This document shows, in pieces, positions 11,813-22,531 of a DNA stretch of 64,000 bases. Both the position numbers and the translations under genes were made by a program. This DNA comes from Gammaproteobacteria bacterium (lineage in GTDB: Bacteria > Pseudomonadota > Gammaproteobacteria > Eutrophobiales > Eutrophobiaceae): positions 544,001 to 608,000 of the forward strand of contig CBDEUK010000002.1 in NCBI GenBank assembly GCA_965243205.1, read 5' to 3'. Numbering within the stretch: the stretch's first letter is position 1; every line of letters starts with the position of its first letter. The notes beneath the pieces were generated by a model. It did not search any database and was not told the origin of the DNA. It worked only from the letters and a program-made list of their open reading frames with translations.

Positions 11813-14116
11813 CTAAAAAGAAGTTCCAAAGGTAAATTGAAATGGTTGTAAATCGTCACCAGATTCATCGCCAAACGGTTGTGCGATACTAACACTTATT
11901 AAACCAAATGGTGATACCCAGATACCAGATAAGCCAGCAGAATAGCGAAAATTGCCTAAATCTACATCATCATTAGTCTGAAAGACATTACCAGCATCCA
12001 AAAAGCCTGAAAAACGTAAATTTTTCACATCAGTTAAGAATGGCACGGGCAAAATTACTTCAGCCCCACCAAATAATCTGAAATTTCCACCCAGCGGGCG
12101 GTTTAATGAATCTTTCGGTCCCAATGTATTTTCTTCATAACCACGTACTGAACGCGGGCCACCTGCGTAAAAATTTTCAAAGAATGGTAATCTATCAGTT
12201 GAACCATAACCATCACCATAGCCCACATCTCCACGGAATGAGAAGATAAAATCTTCGACCAGTTCAGTAAACCATTGAGTACGATAAGAAAGCTTGTAAA
12301 ATTCTAGAGAATCTCCAAAGCTTGGTACTGCTACCTCTGCACTCACGCGATGTAAAATACCTTTATCCGGTAAGATACCTTTATTTCGAGAATCATACGT
12401 AAAACTACTGTTCCATCGTAGAATATTAAACTCATCTCCATTTTCATTAATGAAATCTGTGACCTCGGTTGCAGTTAAACTATCTGGACTAATTTTTGTA
12501 TTTTCAAAACTAAATCCAGTAAAAAATCGATTAAACTCTGTCACAGGAATACCGAAATTAATATTTCCTCCTAAGGTTTCAGAATCATATCGAGTGATGT
12601 TTGCATCGGTAGCATCAACCTCACGATAAAAAGCACTAAAACCGCGGCTTATGCCATCAATTGTCCAATAAGGATTATTATATGCAAGTTGGTATTCAGT
12701 ATTTACATCACTATTATTAAACGCGAAAGAAACTCTTTTACCGCTACCTAGAAAGTTATCTTGACTAACTCTGGCTTGAAGTATCAAACCTTGCCCTTGA
12801 GAAAAACCAAGGCCAGCACTTAATTGGCCTGAAGGGTACTCCTCAACAGAATAATTCACATCAACTTGATCCGTTGTACCAGGAACTGCAGGTGTTTCTA
12901 CATTCACATCTTTAAAAAAGCCTAAACGTTGTAAACGAACTTTTCCACGTTCTACTTTAGTCGTTGATATCCAACCACCTTCCAACTGACGCATCTCACG
13001 GCGTAAAACTTCATCTCGTGTGGTATCGTTACCAGAAAAATTAATACGGCGAACATTGACTCGTTTTCCTGGATCAATGAAGAAAGATAACTTAACACTG
13101 TTATTTTCATTGTTAATTTCAGGTATAGCATTCACGTTCGCAAAAGCATAACCCTCATTACCAATCACATCAGTAATATTTTTTGTTGTAGAAGTAACAT
13201 ACTGTCTTGAAAAAAGATCGCCTTGATGTATATCGACTACTTCAAATAAACTTTCTTCAGGCACTATTAAATCGCCGGAGAGAGTCACTTCTGAAACGAT
13301 AAATTGTTCACCTTCATCAATATTGACTGTGATATAGATATCTTTTTTATCGGGGGTAATAGAAACTTGTGTCGATTCTATATTGAAATTGATGTAACCA
13401 TTATCTAAATAGAAAGAACGTAGTGACTCAAGATCAGCACCCAGTTTTTGTTTTGAATACTGATCAACATTTGTAAAAAAAGAAAGTAACGTTGGTGTAC
13501 TCAATTTAAACTGATCAAGTAAATCATCCTCATCTAAATCTTCATTGCCAACAATATTGATTTGCTTGATACGAGCAGCAACGCCTTCAGAAATATCGAT
13601 TAATACAGCAACTCTGTTGTTATCTAACTCTGTTACTGAAGACTCAATTTCGACCGCATATTTACCTAATGAAAAATACTGACGGCGTAATTCACGTTCC
13701 AAAGAGTCTAGTTGAGATTGATCAAACACTCGACCTTCTGCAAAACCAATTTGACGTAAGCTATCAATAAGCTCTTCACTATCGATATCTTCGTTACCAG
13801 TTAGAGTAATCGTTCCAATCGCTGGTCGTTCAGTAACAACAACAACCAAAACGTTGCCATCACGTTCTAAACGTACATCATCAAATAAACCTGTTTTGAA
13901 AAGGCTACGAACGGCATTTCCTGATTTAAGTTCAGTAAATTCATCACCGACCTTCATCGGCAGATAATTAAAAACTGTTCCTGGTGTGAGTCGCTCTAGT
14001 CCTTCAACGCGAATGTCGCTGATCGTGAAGTTTTCAGCGGCAATGGTGAACTGTTGAGAAGATACGAATAGAAACGAAACATAAAGCAAAACCTTAAGTA
14101 ATTTACATAGCTTCAT
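11813..14116 (-). CDS. bamA: Outer membrane protein assembly factor BamA
   Basis: POTRA repeats (IRVEGLER, DEVLRRE), VRGY motif, terminal aromatic FTFGTSF. Confidence 0.97.
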   Translation of the reverse strand: MKLCKLLKVLLYVSFLFVSSQQFTIAAENFTISDIRVEGLERLTPGTVFNYLPMKVGDEFTELKSGNAVRSLFKTGLFDDVRLERDGNVLVVVVTERPAIGTITLTGNEDIDSEELIDSLRQIGFAEGRVFDQSQLDSLERELRRQYFSLGKYAVEIESSVTELDNNRVAVLIDISEGVAARIKQINIVGNEDLDEDDLLDQFKLSTPTLLSFFTNVDQYSKQKLGADLESLRSFYLDNGYINFNIESTQVSITPDKKDIYITVNIDEGEQFIVSEVTLSGDLIVPEESLFEVVDIHQGDLFSRQYVTSTTKNITDVIGNEGYAFANVNAIPEINNENNSVKLSFFIDPGKRVNVRRINFSGNDTTRDEVLRREMRQLEGGWISTTKVERGKVRLQRLGFFKDVNVETPAVPGTTDQVDVNYSVEEYPSGQLSAGLGFSQGQGLILQARVSQDNFLGSGKRVSFAFNNSDVNTEYQLAYNNPYWTIDGISRGFSAFYREVDATDANITRYDSETLGGNINFGIPVTEFNRFFTGFSFENTKISPDSLTATEVTDFINENGDEFNILRWNSSFTYDSRNKGILPDKGILHRVSAEVAVPSFGDSLEFYKLSYRTQWFTELVEDFIFSFRGDVGYGDGYGSTDRLPFFENFYAGGPRSVRGYEENTLGPKDSLNRPLGGNFRLFGGAEVILPVPFLTDVKNLRFSGFLDAGNVFQTNDDVDLGNFRYSAGLSGIWVSPFGLISVSIAQPFGDESGDDLQPFQFTFGTSF

Positions 14117-14140
14117 AAATTTTATATATTTTTTTATACA

Positions 14141-15514
14141 TTATCCGACCAAGCGCATGATGTCGTTATAAAACACCAAACTCATTAACCCGAGTAAAAG
14201 CGCCAAACCGAGTTGCTGACCGACCAACTGAGTAGACTCAGAAACAGGTCCCCCCTTGACTAGCTCTATAAGGTAATACATTAAGTGCCCGCCATCCAGT
14301 AGTGGAATAGGAAAAAGATTTAACAATCCTAAACTCACGCTCACAATTGCCAGGAAGCTGACATAAGAAGCAATACCAGCTGCCGCAGTATAACCAGCGT
14401 ATTGAGCAATACTGATGGGTCCACTTAAATTCTTTATTGAAGCTTCGCCAGTAATCATTTTACCTAATACTCGCAAAGACATCACGGAAACATCCCAAAC
14501 TTTTACAGTCGCTTTTATAATACTTTCTATTGGACCATAAGACTCAGTAGCTTGTTTATCAGGGTTATTCAATAATTCTTCTGGATAATCTGCTTTAACA
14601 CCAATACGCGGCGTATTATCACCATCATCTGGGTGAATTTTTGATTGAACATAAAGTGTTTTATGTAAGCCATTTCGAGAAATGATAACTTCAATATTTT
14701 TTTCAGGATTAGCAACTAAGTAGTCAGCCCATTCATCCCAATAGTCAATAGCATTACTATCGACACTCAAAATAAGATCTCCTGCTAAAAAACCCGCTTG
14801 TTCTGCTGGTCGCCCAGGTATCACTTCTGCCAGTTTTGCAGGTATACGTGGTCGCTCAGGTGCTATACCTAAAACCTTCATCAACTGTCCACCCGCAATA
14901 TCATCCACAGAAATCGAACTGGTATTTAAAATAACTGAACTTTCAACATTGTTTTTATCGCGTACTGATAATTGTAAAATATCAGCCTCAATAATTTCAT
15001 TCACCGCTTTATCCATTACACTGGCCCAAGTTTTAGTCTCTACACCATCAACCTGGATAATTTGCATACCTGTTTTTAAACCAGCTTTTTCTGCAATCGA
15101 AGCAGATTCAATCTCACCTATAATCGGTTTAATACCAGCTACGCCATAGACAAAGACAAAACTAAATGCAGCAATTGCGAAAATATAATTAAATAACGGA
15201 CCTGCAAAAACTATCGCTATCCGTTGCCAAACTGTTTTACGATTAAATGCACGGTCAAGTTCATGTCTTGCAACAGCCCCTTCCCTCTCATCAAGCATTT
15301 TGACATAACCACCCAAAGGAATAGCAGCAATGACAAATTCTGTTTTATCTTCACCAAATACTTTTTTATATATAGGTTTACCAAAACCGACTGAAAAACG
15401 AAGAATTTTGACATCACAAAGCTTTGCGACCCAATAATGACCATACTCATGGAAGGTAACTAAAATGCCAATGGCAAAAATAAAAGCGATAATATGCTGT
15501 AGTAAATCGATCAT
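14141..15514 (-). CDS. rseP: RIP metalloprotease RseP
   Basis: HEYGH, two PDZ-like segments, [11 protein letters not shown]. Confidence 0.96.
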   Translation of the reverse strand: MIDLLQHIIAFIFAIGILVTFHEYGHYWVAKLCDVKILRFSVGFGKPIYKKVFGEDKTEFVIAAIPLGGYVKMLDEREGAVARHELDRAFNRKTVWQRIAIVFAGPLFNYIFAIAAFSFVFVYGVAGIKPIIGEIESASIAEKAGLKTGMQIIQVDGVETKTWASVMDKAVNEIIEADILQLSVRDKNNVESSVILNTSSISVDDIAGGQLMKVLGIAPERPRIPAKLAEVIPGRPAEQAGFLAGDLILSVDSNAIDYWDEWADYLVANPEKNIEVIISRNGLHKTLYVQSKIHPDDGDNTPRIGVKADYPEELLNNPDKQATESYGPIESIIKATVKVWDVSVMSLRVLGKMITGEASIKNLSGPISIAQYAGYTAAAGIASYVSFLAIVSVSLGLLNLFPIPLLDGGHLMYYLIELVKGGPVSESTQLVGQQLGLALLLGLMSLVFYNDIMRLVG

Positions 15515-16692
15515 AGTGCTAACTTATTTACAAATGTTGTTGCAACGTTTCGCGCCTCTTTATCCGCCTCTAAAACTTTCTCTAAACCGTTTGCATCAGA
15601 ATGAGCTATCACTTCTAATGCTTTTTCGACTACGTTTGGTATATCAGTAAAACGAATTTTATTTGCTAAAAATTCGGCCACAGCAATCTCATTGGCAGCG
15701 TTAAGTACTGCTGTTGCAGTACCGCCTGCTTGCATGGCTTCACAAGCCAGCCTCAAACAAGGAAAACGTTCTAAATCAGGTGCTTCAAAGTTTAATTGTG
15801 CGACAGCTATCATGTCTAATTGTTCCACCCCAGAGTTAAACCGCTCAGGCCAAGCCATCGCATGAGCAATCGGTGTACGCATATCAGGGTTACCCAATTG
15901 AGCTAAAACGGAACCGTCTGAATATTGCACCATAGAATGAATCACACTTTCGGGGTGTAGCAATACAGTGATGTAATCAGGATTCGTATTAAATAGCCAA
16001 CATGCCTCTATTACCTCCAAACCTTTATTCATCATCGTTGCTGAATCAACAGAGATCTTCCGTCCCATGTCCCAATTAGGGTGAGCACAAGCTTGATCGG
16101 GTGTGACTTTTTCCAGTTCTTCTAAAGGTGTTTGCCTAAATGGCCCACCTGAAGCCGTTAAAAGAATTCGAGTCACGCCTGTCTCTGCCAAGCCATTAAG
16201 ATAATTCGTCGGCATACATTGGAAAATAGCATTGTGTTCACTGTCTATAGGCAACAACTCAGCATTCGCTTGATTAACTGCATCGATGAATAATTGGCCT
16301 GACATAACTAAGGCTTCTTTGTTTGCCAATAAAACTCTTTTGCCAGCTTTTGCAGCGGATAGAGTCGGTAATAAACCAGCAGCACCAACAATCGCAGCCA
16401 TGACATAATCTACTTCGTCTAGAGCAGCAACCGTTTCCAAGGCCTGAGTCCCACCAAGAACCTCGGTTTCAGAATCCAGTTGTTTTAATTCTTTGCTTAA
16501 GGTTTCAGCAGCTTGCTCATCAGCCATTACGGCATATTTTGGTGAGAAATCTAAGCACTGTTGCTTTGCATCCTTAATATTTTTATTTGCAGTAATTGCA
16601 ATTAATTGGAATTTATCGGGGTGTCTTTGAATAACATCTAAAGTACTAACACCAATACTACCTGTTGAACCTAATATGCAAACGCCTTTCAT
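15511..16692 (-). CDS. dxr: 1-deoxy-D-xylulose-5-phosphate reductoisomerase
   Basis: [26 protein letters not shown]; ATG 16692 overlaps the cdsA stop (ATGA). Confidence 0.97.
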   Translation of the reverse strand: MKGVCILGSTGSIGVSTLDVIQRHPDKFQLIAITANKNIKDAKQQCLDFSPKYAVMADEQAAETLSKELKQLDSETEVLGGTQALETVAALDEVDYVMAAIVGAAGLLPTLSAAKAGKRVLLANKEALVMSGQLFIDAVNQANAELLPIDSEHNAIFQCMPTNYLNGLAETGVTRILLTASGGPFRQTPLEELEKVTPDQACAHPNWDMGRKISVDSATMMNKGLEVIEACWLFNTNPDYITVLLHPESVIHSMVQYSDGSVLAQLGNPDMRTPIAHAMAWPERFNSGVEQLDMIAVAQLNFEAPDLERFPCLRLACEAMQAGGTATAVLNAANEIAVAEFLANKIRFTDIPNVVEKALEVIAHSDANGLEKVLEADKEARNVATTFVNKLAL

Positions 16693-17507
16693 GACCAATA
16701 CCCTGACCAGTAAAGCGCACAGAAAAATACTGGAGCAGCGGCCGTCATACTATCAATGCGATCTAACACACCGCCATGACCGGGCAATATTCCTCCACTG
16801 TCTTTAATTTGTGCACTTCGTTTAATTAAACTTTCGAATAAATCTCCCAAAATAGAACTCAATACTGTAAGTATGCAAATTGAAAGAAATATCGGTAAAT
16901 GATTATTATCCATTTGTTTATAAAATGAATATACAAGTCCAATGACAAAGGTTGAGATAATAGCGGCTATTGCGCCTTCCCAACTTTTTCCTGGGCTGAC
17001 ATGAGAAGCCAGACGATGCTTTCCCCATTGCTTACCAGCAAAATAAGCCACGCTGTCAGCCCCCCATATAATAGCGAATAAGAGTAGAACCCACATCATT
17101 TCAACATGTTGATGTAATAACACCAAGCCTAACCATGCTGGTATCAATACCAAAGCGCCTATCACTAACATCCAAAAAGATTGCTGAGGCAAAACGAATG
17201 GTTTGAATTCATATCGTGTTACTAATGCTAGAGCCAATAACCAACACACAGGGATTAACTGAATTATAAATAACTGATGTTGCAAAGATATAAAATACAA
17301 CAAATACCAACACAACCCAGTTAGTAATGCTGCATATGAATACATAGAAAGCTTGGAGCTAAAGCCCGATAGTCTAGACCATTCAATAGCACCCAAAGTA
17401 ACCGTAATACTAACGAATAAAGCAAAGTATTGATTCGGTAAATACAACACCGCTAAGACGAATACAGGAATTAAAATTGCCGCAGTAATTAGACGTTTTT
17501 TAAGCAC
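16689..17507 (-). CDS. cdsA: Phosphatidate cytidylyltransferase
   Basis: [27 protein letters not shown]. Confidence 0.96.
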   Translation of the reverse strand: MLKKRLITAAILIPVFVLAVLYLPNQYFALFVSITVTLGAIEWSRLSGFSSKLSMYSYAALLTGLCWYLLYFISLQHQLFIIQLIPVCWLLALALVTRYEFKPFVLPQQSFWMLVIGALVLIPAWLGLVLLHQHVEMMWVLLLFAIIWGADSVAYFAGKQWGKHRLASHVSPGKSWEGAIAAIISTFVIGLVYSFYKQMDNNHLPIFLSICILTVLSSILGDLFESLIKRSAQIKDSGGILPGHGGVLDRIDSMTAAAPVFFCALYWSGYWS

Positions 17508-18267
17508 CGCTCGTTCTCACAACTTGTTCACTGGTCTTGCCATAACGACGCTCTCGGCCTTGATACCATTCAATTGCTTGTTCAAATTCTTTGATATCAA
17601 AGTCAGGCCATAAACAATCGGTGAAATAAAGTTCGGTATAGGCTATCTGCCATAATAAATAATTACTGATACGTTTTTCGCCACCAGTACGAATAAACAA
17701 ATCAGGATTAGGTAAATCACTTAATTCAATAAATTCTGTAATTGAGTCCTCTGAGATATCTTCAATTGATATTTCATTGCTTTGAATTTTATGAAATAAA
17801 TTAACGACGGCCTGTTTAATATCCCAATGGCCACCATAATTGGCCGCGATATTAAAGTGCAACCCAGTATTATTGACTGTTAACTCTTCTGAATCTTTAA
17901 TGTATTTTTGTAGTTTTTCAGGAAACTCCGTTTTATTACCAATAAAACGTAAGCGAATATTATTTTGATGAAGATTATGAATTTCTTGTTTGAGGGATGA
18001 TAAAAATAATTCCATTAATAGAGTAACTTCCTGTTTAGGCCGTTGCCAATTTTCACTACTGAATGCATAGACTGTTAATGCTTGTATATTCTTATTAGAA
18101 GCGTATTCAACAATATTACGCAGTGATTTCACCCCTGAACGGTGTCCCGCAACTCTAGGCATACCTCGCTTTTTAGCCCAGCGACCATTACCATCCATGA
18201 TGATAGCGATATGTTTGGGTAAAGGTGATTGTTGCTGAATATTCTCGTTACTCTGTTTTGATGACAT
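17500..18267 (-). CDS. uppS: Undecaprenyl diphosphate synthase
   Basis: HIAIIMDGNGRWA, FSSENWQRP, RTGGEKRISNYLLWQ. Confidence 0.97.
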   Translation of the reverse strand: MSSKQSNENIQQQSPLPKHIAIIMDGNGRWAKKRGMPRVAGHRSGVKSLRNIVEYASNKNIQALTVYAFSSENWQRPKQEVTLLMELFLSSLKQEIHNLHQNNIRLRFIGNKTEFPEKLQKYIKDSEELTVNNTGLHFNIAANYGGHWDIKQAVVNLFHKIQSNEISIEDISEDSITEFIELSDLPNPDLFIRTGGEKRISNYLLWQIAYTELYFTDCLWPDFDIKEFEQAIEWYQGRERRYGKTSEQVVRTSGA

Positions 18268-18284
18268 TCAATAACAGCCAAACA

Positions 18285-18845
18285 CTAAATTTCCATTACT
18301 TCTTTTTCTTTTTCAGTAAGGACTTCTTCTACTTGCTTCACCCTGGTATCAGTCACTTTTTGAATACGTTCTTCGGCCTTTCGATCATCATCTTCAGTAA
18401 TCTCTTTTTCTTTTAGCAATTCTTTAAATGATGAAATGGCATCACGACGAATGTTTCGAATAGCGATTCGACATTTTTCACCTTCAGCTTTAACCACTTT
18501 CACTAATTCTTTTCGTCGTTCTTCTGTAAGTGGCGGTAAAGGAATTCGCATGACTTCACCTGCTGTGACTGGATTTAATCCTAAACCTGAATTGAGAATT
18601 GCTTTTTCGATATCTGGAATGGCTGATTTATCCCAAGCAGAAACTGATAAAGTTCGTGCATCCATCACGCTGATATTTGCTGTTTGGTTTAGAGGAACTT
18701 CTCCGCCGTAATAATTAACGGTAATAGATTCTAATAAGCTCGGGTGAGCACGACCGGTGCGAATCTTACTCATATCTTGTTTTAATGATTCGATACTTTT
18801 ACCCATACGGACATCTGCATCTTTTATAAGATCGTCTATCATCAT
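18285..18845 (-). CDS. frr: Ribosome recycling factor
   Basis: [22 protein letters not shown]. Confidence 0.98.
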   Translation of the reverse strand: MMIDDLIKDADVRMGKSIESLKQDMSKIRTGRAHPSLLESITVNYYGGEVPLNQTANISVMDARTLSVSAWDKSAIPDIEKAILNSGLGLNPVTAGEVMRIPLPPLTEERRKELVKVVKAEGEKCRIAIRNIRRDAISSFKELLKEKEITEDDDRKAEERIQKVTDTRVKQVEEVLTEKEKEVMEI

Positions 18846-18881
18846 ATCTCCCCTACTTTAAAAACTGATGTACTAAATAAG

Positions 18882-19604
18882 CTAACTAACTAAAGTACCT
18901 TCGTCTTCGCCTTTGGCTGCTCGAATTAATGAACCTGGTTTGGTCATATCCAATACACGTAATGGCATATTGTTTTCTTTACATAGGACTATCGCTGTTG
19001 CATCCATCACTTGCAAATTCTGCTGTAACACATCATCGTAACTCAGTACGTCATAACGTTTAGCATCTTTGACTTTCACTGGGTCAGCTGAATAAATACC
19101 ATCAACTTTAGTGGCTTTAATCATTAAATCAGCATTGATTTCAATTGCCCTTAAACTGGCGGCTGAATCAGTTGTAAAAAAAGGATTACCAGTACCTGCA
19201 GCAAACACAACAATACGACCTTTCTCAACATGTCGTACCGCACGACGTCGAATATATTCTTCACATACTTCGTTGATTTTAATCGCTGACATCACACGAG
19301 CATACATACCCGCACGTTCTAAAGCATCCTGTAAGGCAAGTGAATTAATCACCGTCGCCATCATCCCCATATGATCTGCCGTCACTCGATCGATACCCGA
19401 AGCAGCTAAACCTGCGCCGCGAAAAATATTGCCTCCACCAATCACGATGGCGACTTCGACTTCAGCGTTACGAAGTTCTAATACTTCTTGAGCTAATCGG
19501 GTAATGAGATCAGGATCAATACCATAATCCTGATCTCCCATTAGGGCTTCACCACTGAGTTTCAGTAGGATACGTTTGTATTTGATATCAGTGGTTTGTG
19601 ACAA
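18882..19604 (-). CDS. pyrH: UMP kinase
   Basis: [27 protein letters not shown]; TTG start. Confidence 0.98.
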   Translation of the reverse strand: MSQTTDIKYKRILLKLSGEALMGDQDYGIDPDLITRLAQEVLELRNAEVEVAIVIGGGNIFRGAGLAASGIDRVTADHMGMMATVINSLALQDALERAGMYARVMSAIKINEVCEEYIRRRAVRHVEKGRIVVFAAGTGNPFFTTDSAASLRAIEINADLMIKATKVDGIYSADPVKVKDAKRYDVLSYDDVLQQNLQVMDATAIVLCKENNMPLRVLDMTKPGSLIRAAKGEDEGTLVS

Positions 19605-19625
19605 TGTTTTATCCAGTATTAAGGA

Positions 19626-20504
19626 TTATTTATCTAATCCTGCTTGGCTCATCACTTCTTCAGCAAAGTTGTCTTCTTCTTTCTCAATCCCATCTCCCAC
19701 TAAGAAGCGATGAAATTGATTGACTGAAGCACCAGATGCTTTTAATAACTGAGCAATGGTTTGGTCTGGGTCTTTAACAAAGCTTTGATCCAATAAAGAA
19801 ATTTCTTTTTTGAATTTATTGATGCGACCACCAACCATTTTTTCAACAATTTCTGGTGGTTTACCACTCTCTGCGGCTTGCGCTACAAAGATATCTTTTT
19901 CTTTATCGATAAGCTCTTGTGGAATTTCATCCGAACTAACACAGATAGGGGACGGATCATGACCCGCAATATGCATAGCAACATCTTTCGCCAAGGCTTC
20001 ATCGCCACCAGAAAGATCCACTAACACACCGATACGGCTACCGTGGTTATAAGAACCAAATAAACCATCGGTCTCAGCGATAATAAAACGACGAACATTA
20101 ATATTTTCACCAATCTTTTGAACAAGACCTTGACGAGTTTCTTCAACGGTTTTGCCATCAATTGTCAATGCTTCCAATGCTTCGACATCCGTTGGACCGT
20201 TTTCTAAAACACAATCAGTGACTGATTTAACAAAGCCTTGGAAATCAGCTTCTTTTGCAACAAAGTCTGTTTCAGAGTTCACTTCAACCATCACAGCTTT
20301 ATTGCCAGATTGAGCAATGCTAACAACCCCTTCTGCTGCAACTCGACCCGATTTTTTCTCTGCTTTCGCAATACCTGATTTGCGCATTTCTTCGATGGCA
20401 AGCTCCATATCGCCGTTAGCTTCTGTTAGAGCCTTTTTACAATCCATCATGCCAGCGCCTGTGCGCTCGCGTAATTCTTTAACCATTGATGCTGTAATAG
20501 CCAT
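19626..20504 (-). CDS. tsf: Elongation factor Ts
   Basis: [27 protein letters not shown]. Confidence 0.98.
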   Translation of the reverse strand: MAITASMVKELRERTGAGMMDCKKALTEANGDMELAIEEMRKSGIAKAEKKSGRVAAEGVVSIAQSGNKAVMVEVNSETDFVAKEADFQGFVKSVTDCVLENGPTDVEALEALTIDGKTVEETRQGLVQKIGENINVRRFIIAETDGLFGSYNHGSRIGVLVDLSGGDEALAKDVAMHIAGHDPSPICVSSDEIPQELIDKEKDIFVAQAAESGKPPEIVEKMVGGRINKFKKEISLLDQSFVKDPDQTIAQLLKASGASVNQFHRFLVGDGIEKEEDNFAEEVMSQAGLDK

Positions 20505-20507
20505 TGT

Positions 20508-21587
20508 TTAACCCTCTTTTACAAATTCTTTGGCTTGTTCCACCCAATTATCTCGGGTAATACGGCCTTTGAAGTTCAATTCTTCATCTAAACGCTCGAT
20601 ATCCGCTTCAGTAAAATCGGCAACTTGTTGGAAAGTTGTGATGCCTAAACCTTCCAATTTACCGACTAATACTGGACCGACGCCACTGATGCGAGTCAAA
20701 TCGTCTTTTTCAGCAGGAGCAGCTGATTTAGCTGGGGCTGGCTCTTTTTTAGCAGCAGGTTCGGCTTTTTTCTCTGCAGCTTTCTTAGTAGTTTTTTTCT
20801 TGGTCTGAACCTTAGCGGCTTTCTTGGTTTCTTTGACGATAGGATTACCATCAGCGTCCAGTTCAACAAAGTCTTCAGATGAACCTTCATCACCAATATG
20901 CATGGTAGTTGCTTTCGCATCTAAAATCGCATCCGCTACGCCTTGAGCGTAAAGTCTGATTGAACGAATCGCATCATCATTACCAGGAATAACGTAATCA
21001 ACGTTATCTGGGCTATTGTTACTGTCAACAACAGCAATAACCGGAATACCTAATTTTTTGGCTTCGTTAACCGCAATGTATTCAAAACCGACATCGATAA
21101 TGAATAATGCATCAGGAATACCCGGCATATCTTTAATGCCCGATAAAGAACGTTCTAGCTTTTCTAATTCACGTTGCTGTTGTAGCTGTTCTTTCTTGTT
21201 GAGGTGCTCGTGCTTGCCCTCTTCTCGAATGGTTTCTAATTCTTTCATGCGGTTAATCGATTGTTTAACCGTTTTGAAATTCGTTAAGGTGCCGCCCAAC
21301 CAGCGACGGTTGATGTATGGCATACCGCAACGTTCGGCTTCTTCTCGAATAATGCCTTGAGCTGCACGCTTGGTACCGACAAACAGAATCTTGCCTTTTT
21401 TTGCAGCTAATTTACCAATAAAATTAACAGCATCTTGGTAGAGCGGAAGGGTTTTTTCGAGGTTGATAATATGGATTTTGTTGCGTTGACCGAACAAATA
21501 AGGACCCATTTTAGGGTTCCAATAACGGGTTTGGTGTCCAAAATGGACGCCAGCTTCTAACATATCACGCATAGTGACATTTGACAT
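20508..21587 (-). CDS. rpsB: 30S ribosomal protein S2 with Lys/Ala-rich linker and C-terminal helix-hairpin-helix domain
   Basis: [44 protein letters not shown] 21587 follows an AGGAG SD; extra C-terminal [11 protein letters not shown] domain. Confidence 0.97.
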   Translation of the reverse strand: MSNVTMRDMLEAGVHFGHQTRYWNPKMGPYLFGQRNKIHIINLEKTLPLYQDAVNFIGKLAAKKGKILFVGTKRAAQGIIREEAERCGMPYINRRWLGGTLTNFKTVKQSINRMKELETIREEGKHEHLNKKEQLQQQRELEKLERSLSGIKDMPGIPDALFIIDVGFEYIAVNEAKKLGIPVIAVVDSNNSPDNVDYVIPGNDDAIRSIRLYAQGVADAILDAKATTMHIGDEGSSEDFVELDADGNPIVKETKKAAKVQTKKKTTKKAAEKKAEPAAKKEPAPAKSAAPAEKDDLTRISGVGPVLVGKLEGLGITTFQQVADFTEADIERLDEELNFKGRITRDNWVEQAKEFVKEG

Positions 21588-21603
21588 AATAGTTCTCCTG
21601 TTA

Positions 21604-21695
21604 GGGTTTTTGCCTCTGCACCCCCCGCATAACAACCCTTAATGGGCACCCCATATACGGTTTGAGTGTGCATGTGACGTTGGTTTGTGTAAACT
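21604..21695 (-). ncRNA. t44: rpsB 5' leader (t44 / S2 autoregulatory RNA)
   Basis: Minus strand reads ...ATGGGGTGCCCATTAAGGGTTG...GTGCAGAGGCAAAAACCC, matching the GGGGUGCCC..GGG..GAGGC pattern of gammaproteobacterial rpsB leaders. Confidence 0.75.
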
Positions 21696-21714
21696 GCGGG
21701 CGCTTTATACCATA
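21696..21714 (-). promoter_or_regulatory. rpsB extended -10 promoter with GC-rich discriminator
   Basis: TATGGTATAAAGCGCCCGC resembles the E. coli rpsB promoter (TGTGGTATAAAGCGCGCC). Confidence 0.75.
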
Positions 21715-21759
21715 CCGTTCCATTAACAACAATCATCGATGTGGTCAAACTGACGAAAT

Positions 21760-22527
21760 ATGGCGATCTCTATCAAAAACGCTGAACAAATTGAAAAAAT
21801 GCGTGTTGCAGGCAAATTAGCGGCCGAGGTTCTGGGAATGATCGAATCTCATGTACAAGCTGGCGTGACTACGGATGAACTCAATACCATTTGCCATGAT
21901 TACATCGTCAATGAGCAAGATGCCATTCCTGCTCCTCTTAACTATCATGGTTTTCCAAAATCTATCTGTACCTCAGTGAATCACGTTGTTTGCCACGGCA
22001 TTCCCAATGAAAAACGTTTAAAAAATGGCGATATCATTAATATCGATATTACTGTTATTAAGGATGGTTTTCATGGCGATACCAGCAAAATGTTTTTTGT
22101 CGGCGAACCATCAATCAAGGCAAAACGATTAGTAGAAGTTACCTATGAATGCATGAAACGTGGTATCGAGTTAGTTAAGCCAGGTTGTCAGCTTGGTGAT
22201 ATCGGCTATGCCATTCAAAAATACGCAGAATCCCAAAAATATACTGTCGTAAGAGAATACTGTGGACATGGCATTGGTGAGGTATTTCACGAAGACCCAC
22301 AAGTTCTACATTACGGGCAACAAGGAACCGGGGTTGAATTACAAGCTGGCATGACATTTACCATCGAACCCATGATCAATGCTGGGAAACGCCAAGTAAA
22401 ATTATTGTCTGATAACTGGACAGTCGTCACCAAAGATCGCAATCTTTCTGCTCAATGGGAACATACTATTTTAGTTACCGAAAATGGATACGAAGTCTTG
22501 ACCATACGTCCCGAAGAAAATTATTAG
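21760..22527 (+). CDS. map: Methionine aminopeptidase type I
   Basis: CHGIP, DITVIKDGFHGD, GHGIG, FTIEPM, AQWEHT. Confidence 0.97.
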   Translation: MAISIKNAEQIEKMRVAGKLAAEVLGMIESHVQAGVTTDELNTICHDYIVNEQDAIPAPLNYHGFPKSICTSVNHVVCHGIPNEKRLKNGDIINIDITVIKDGFHGDTSKMFFVGEPSIKAKRLVEVTYECMKRGIELVKPGCQLGDIGYAIQKYAESQKYTVVREYCGHGIGEVFHEDPQVLHYGQQGTGVELQAGMTFTIEPMINAGKRQVKLLSDNWTVVTKDRNLSAQWEHTILVTENGYEVLTIRPEENY

Positions 22528-22531
22528 CCTT

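Noticed and set aside
21588-21635. 16-aa N-terminal extension of S2 in the ORF track
   Set aside because: It lies in the structured rpsB leader; the AGGAG SD supports ATG 21587.
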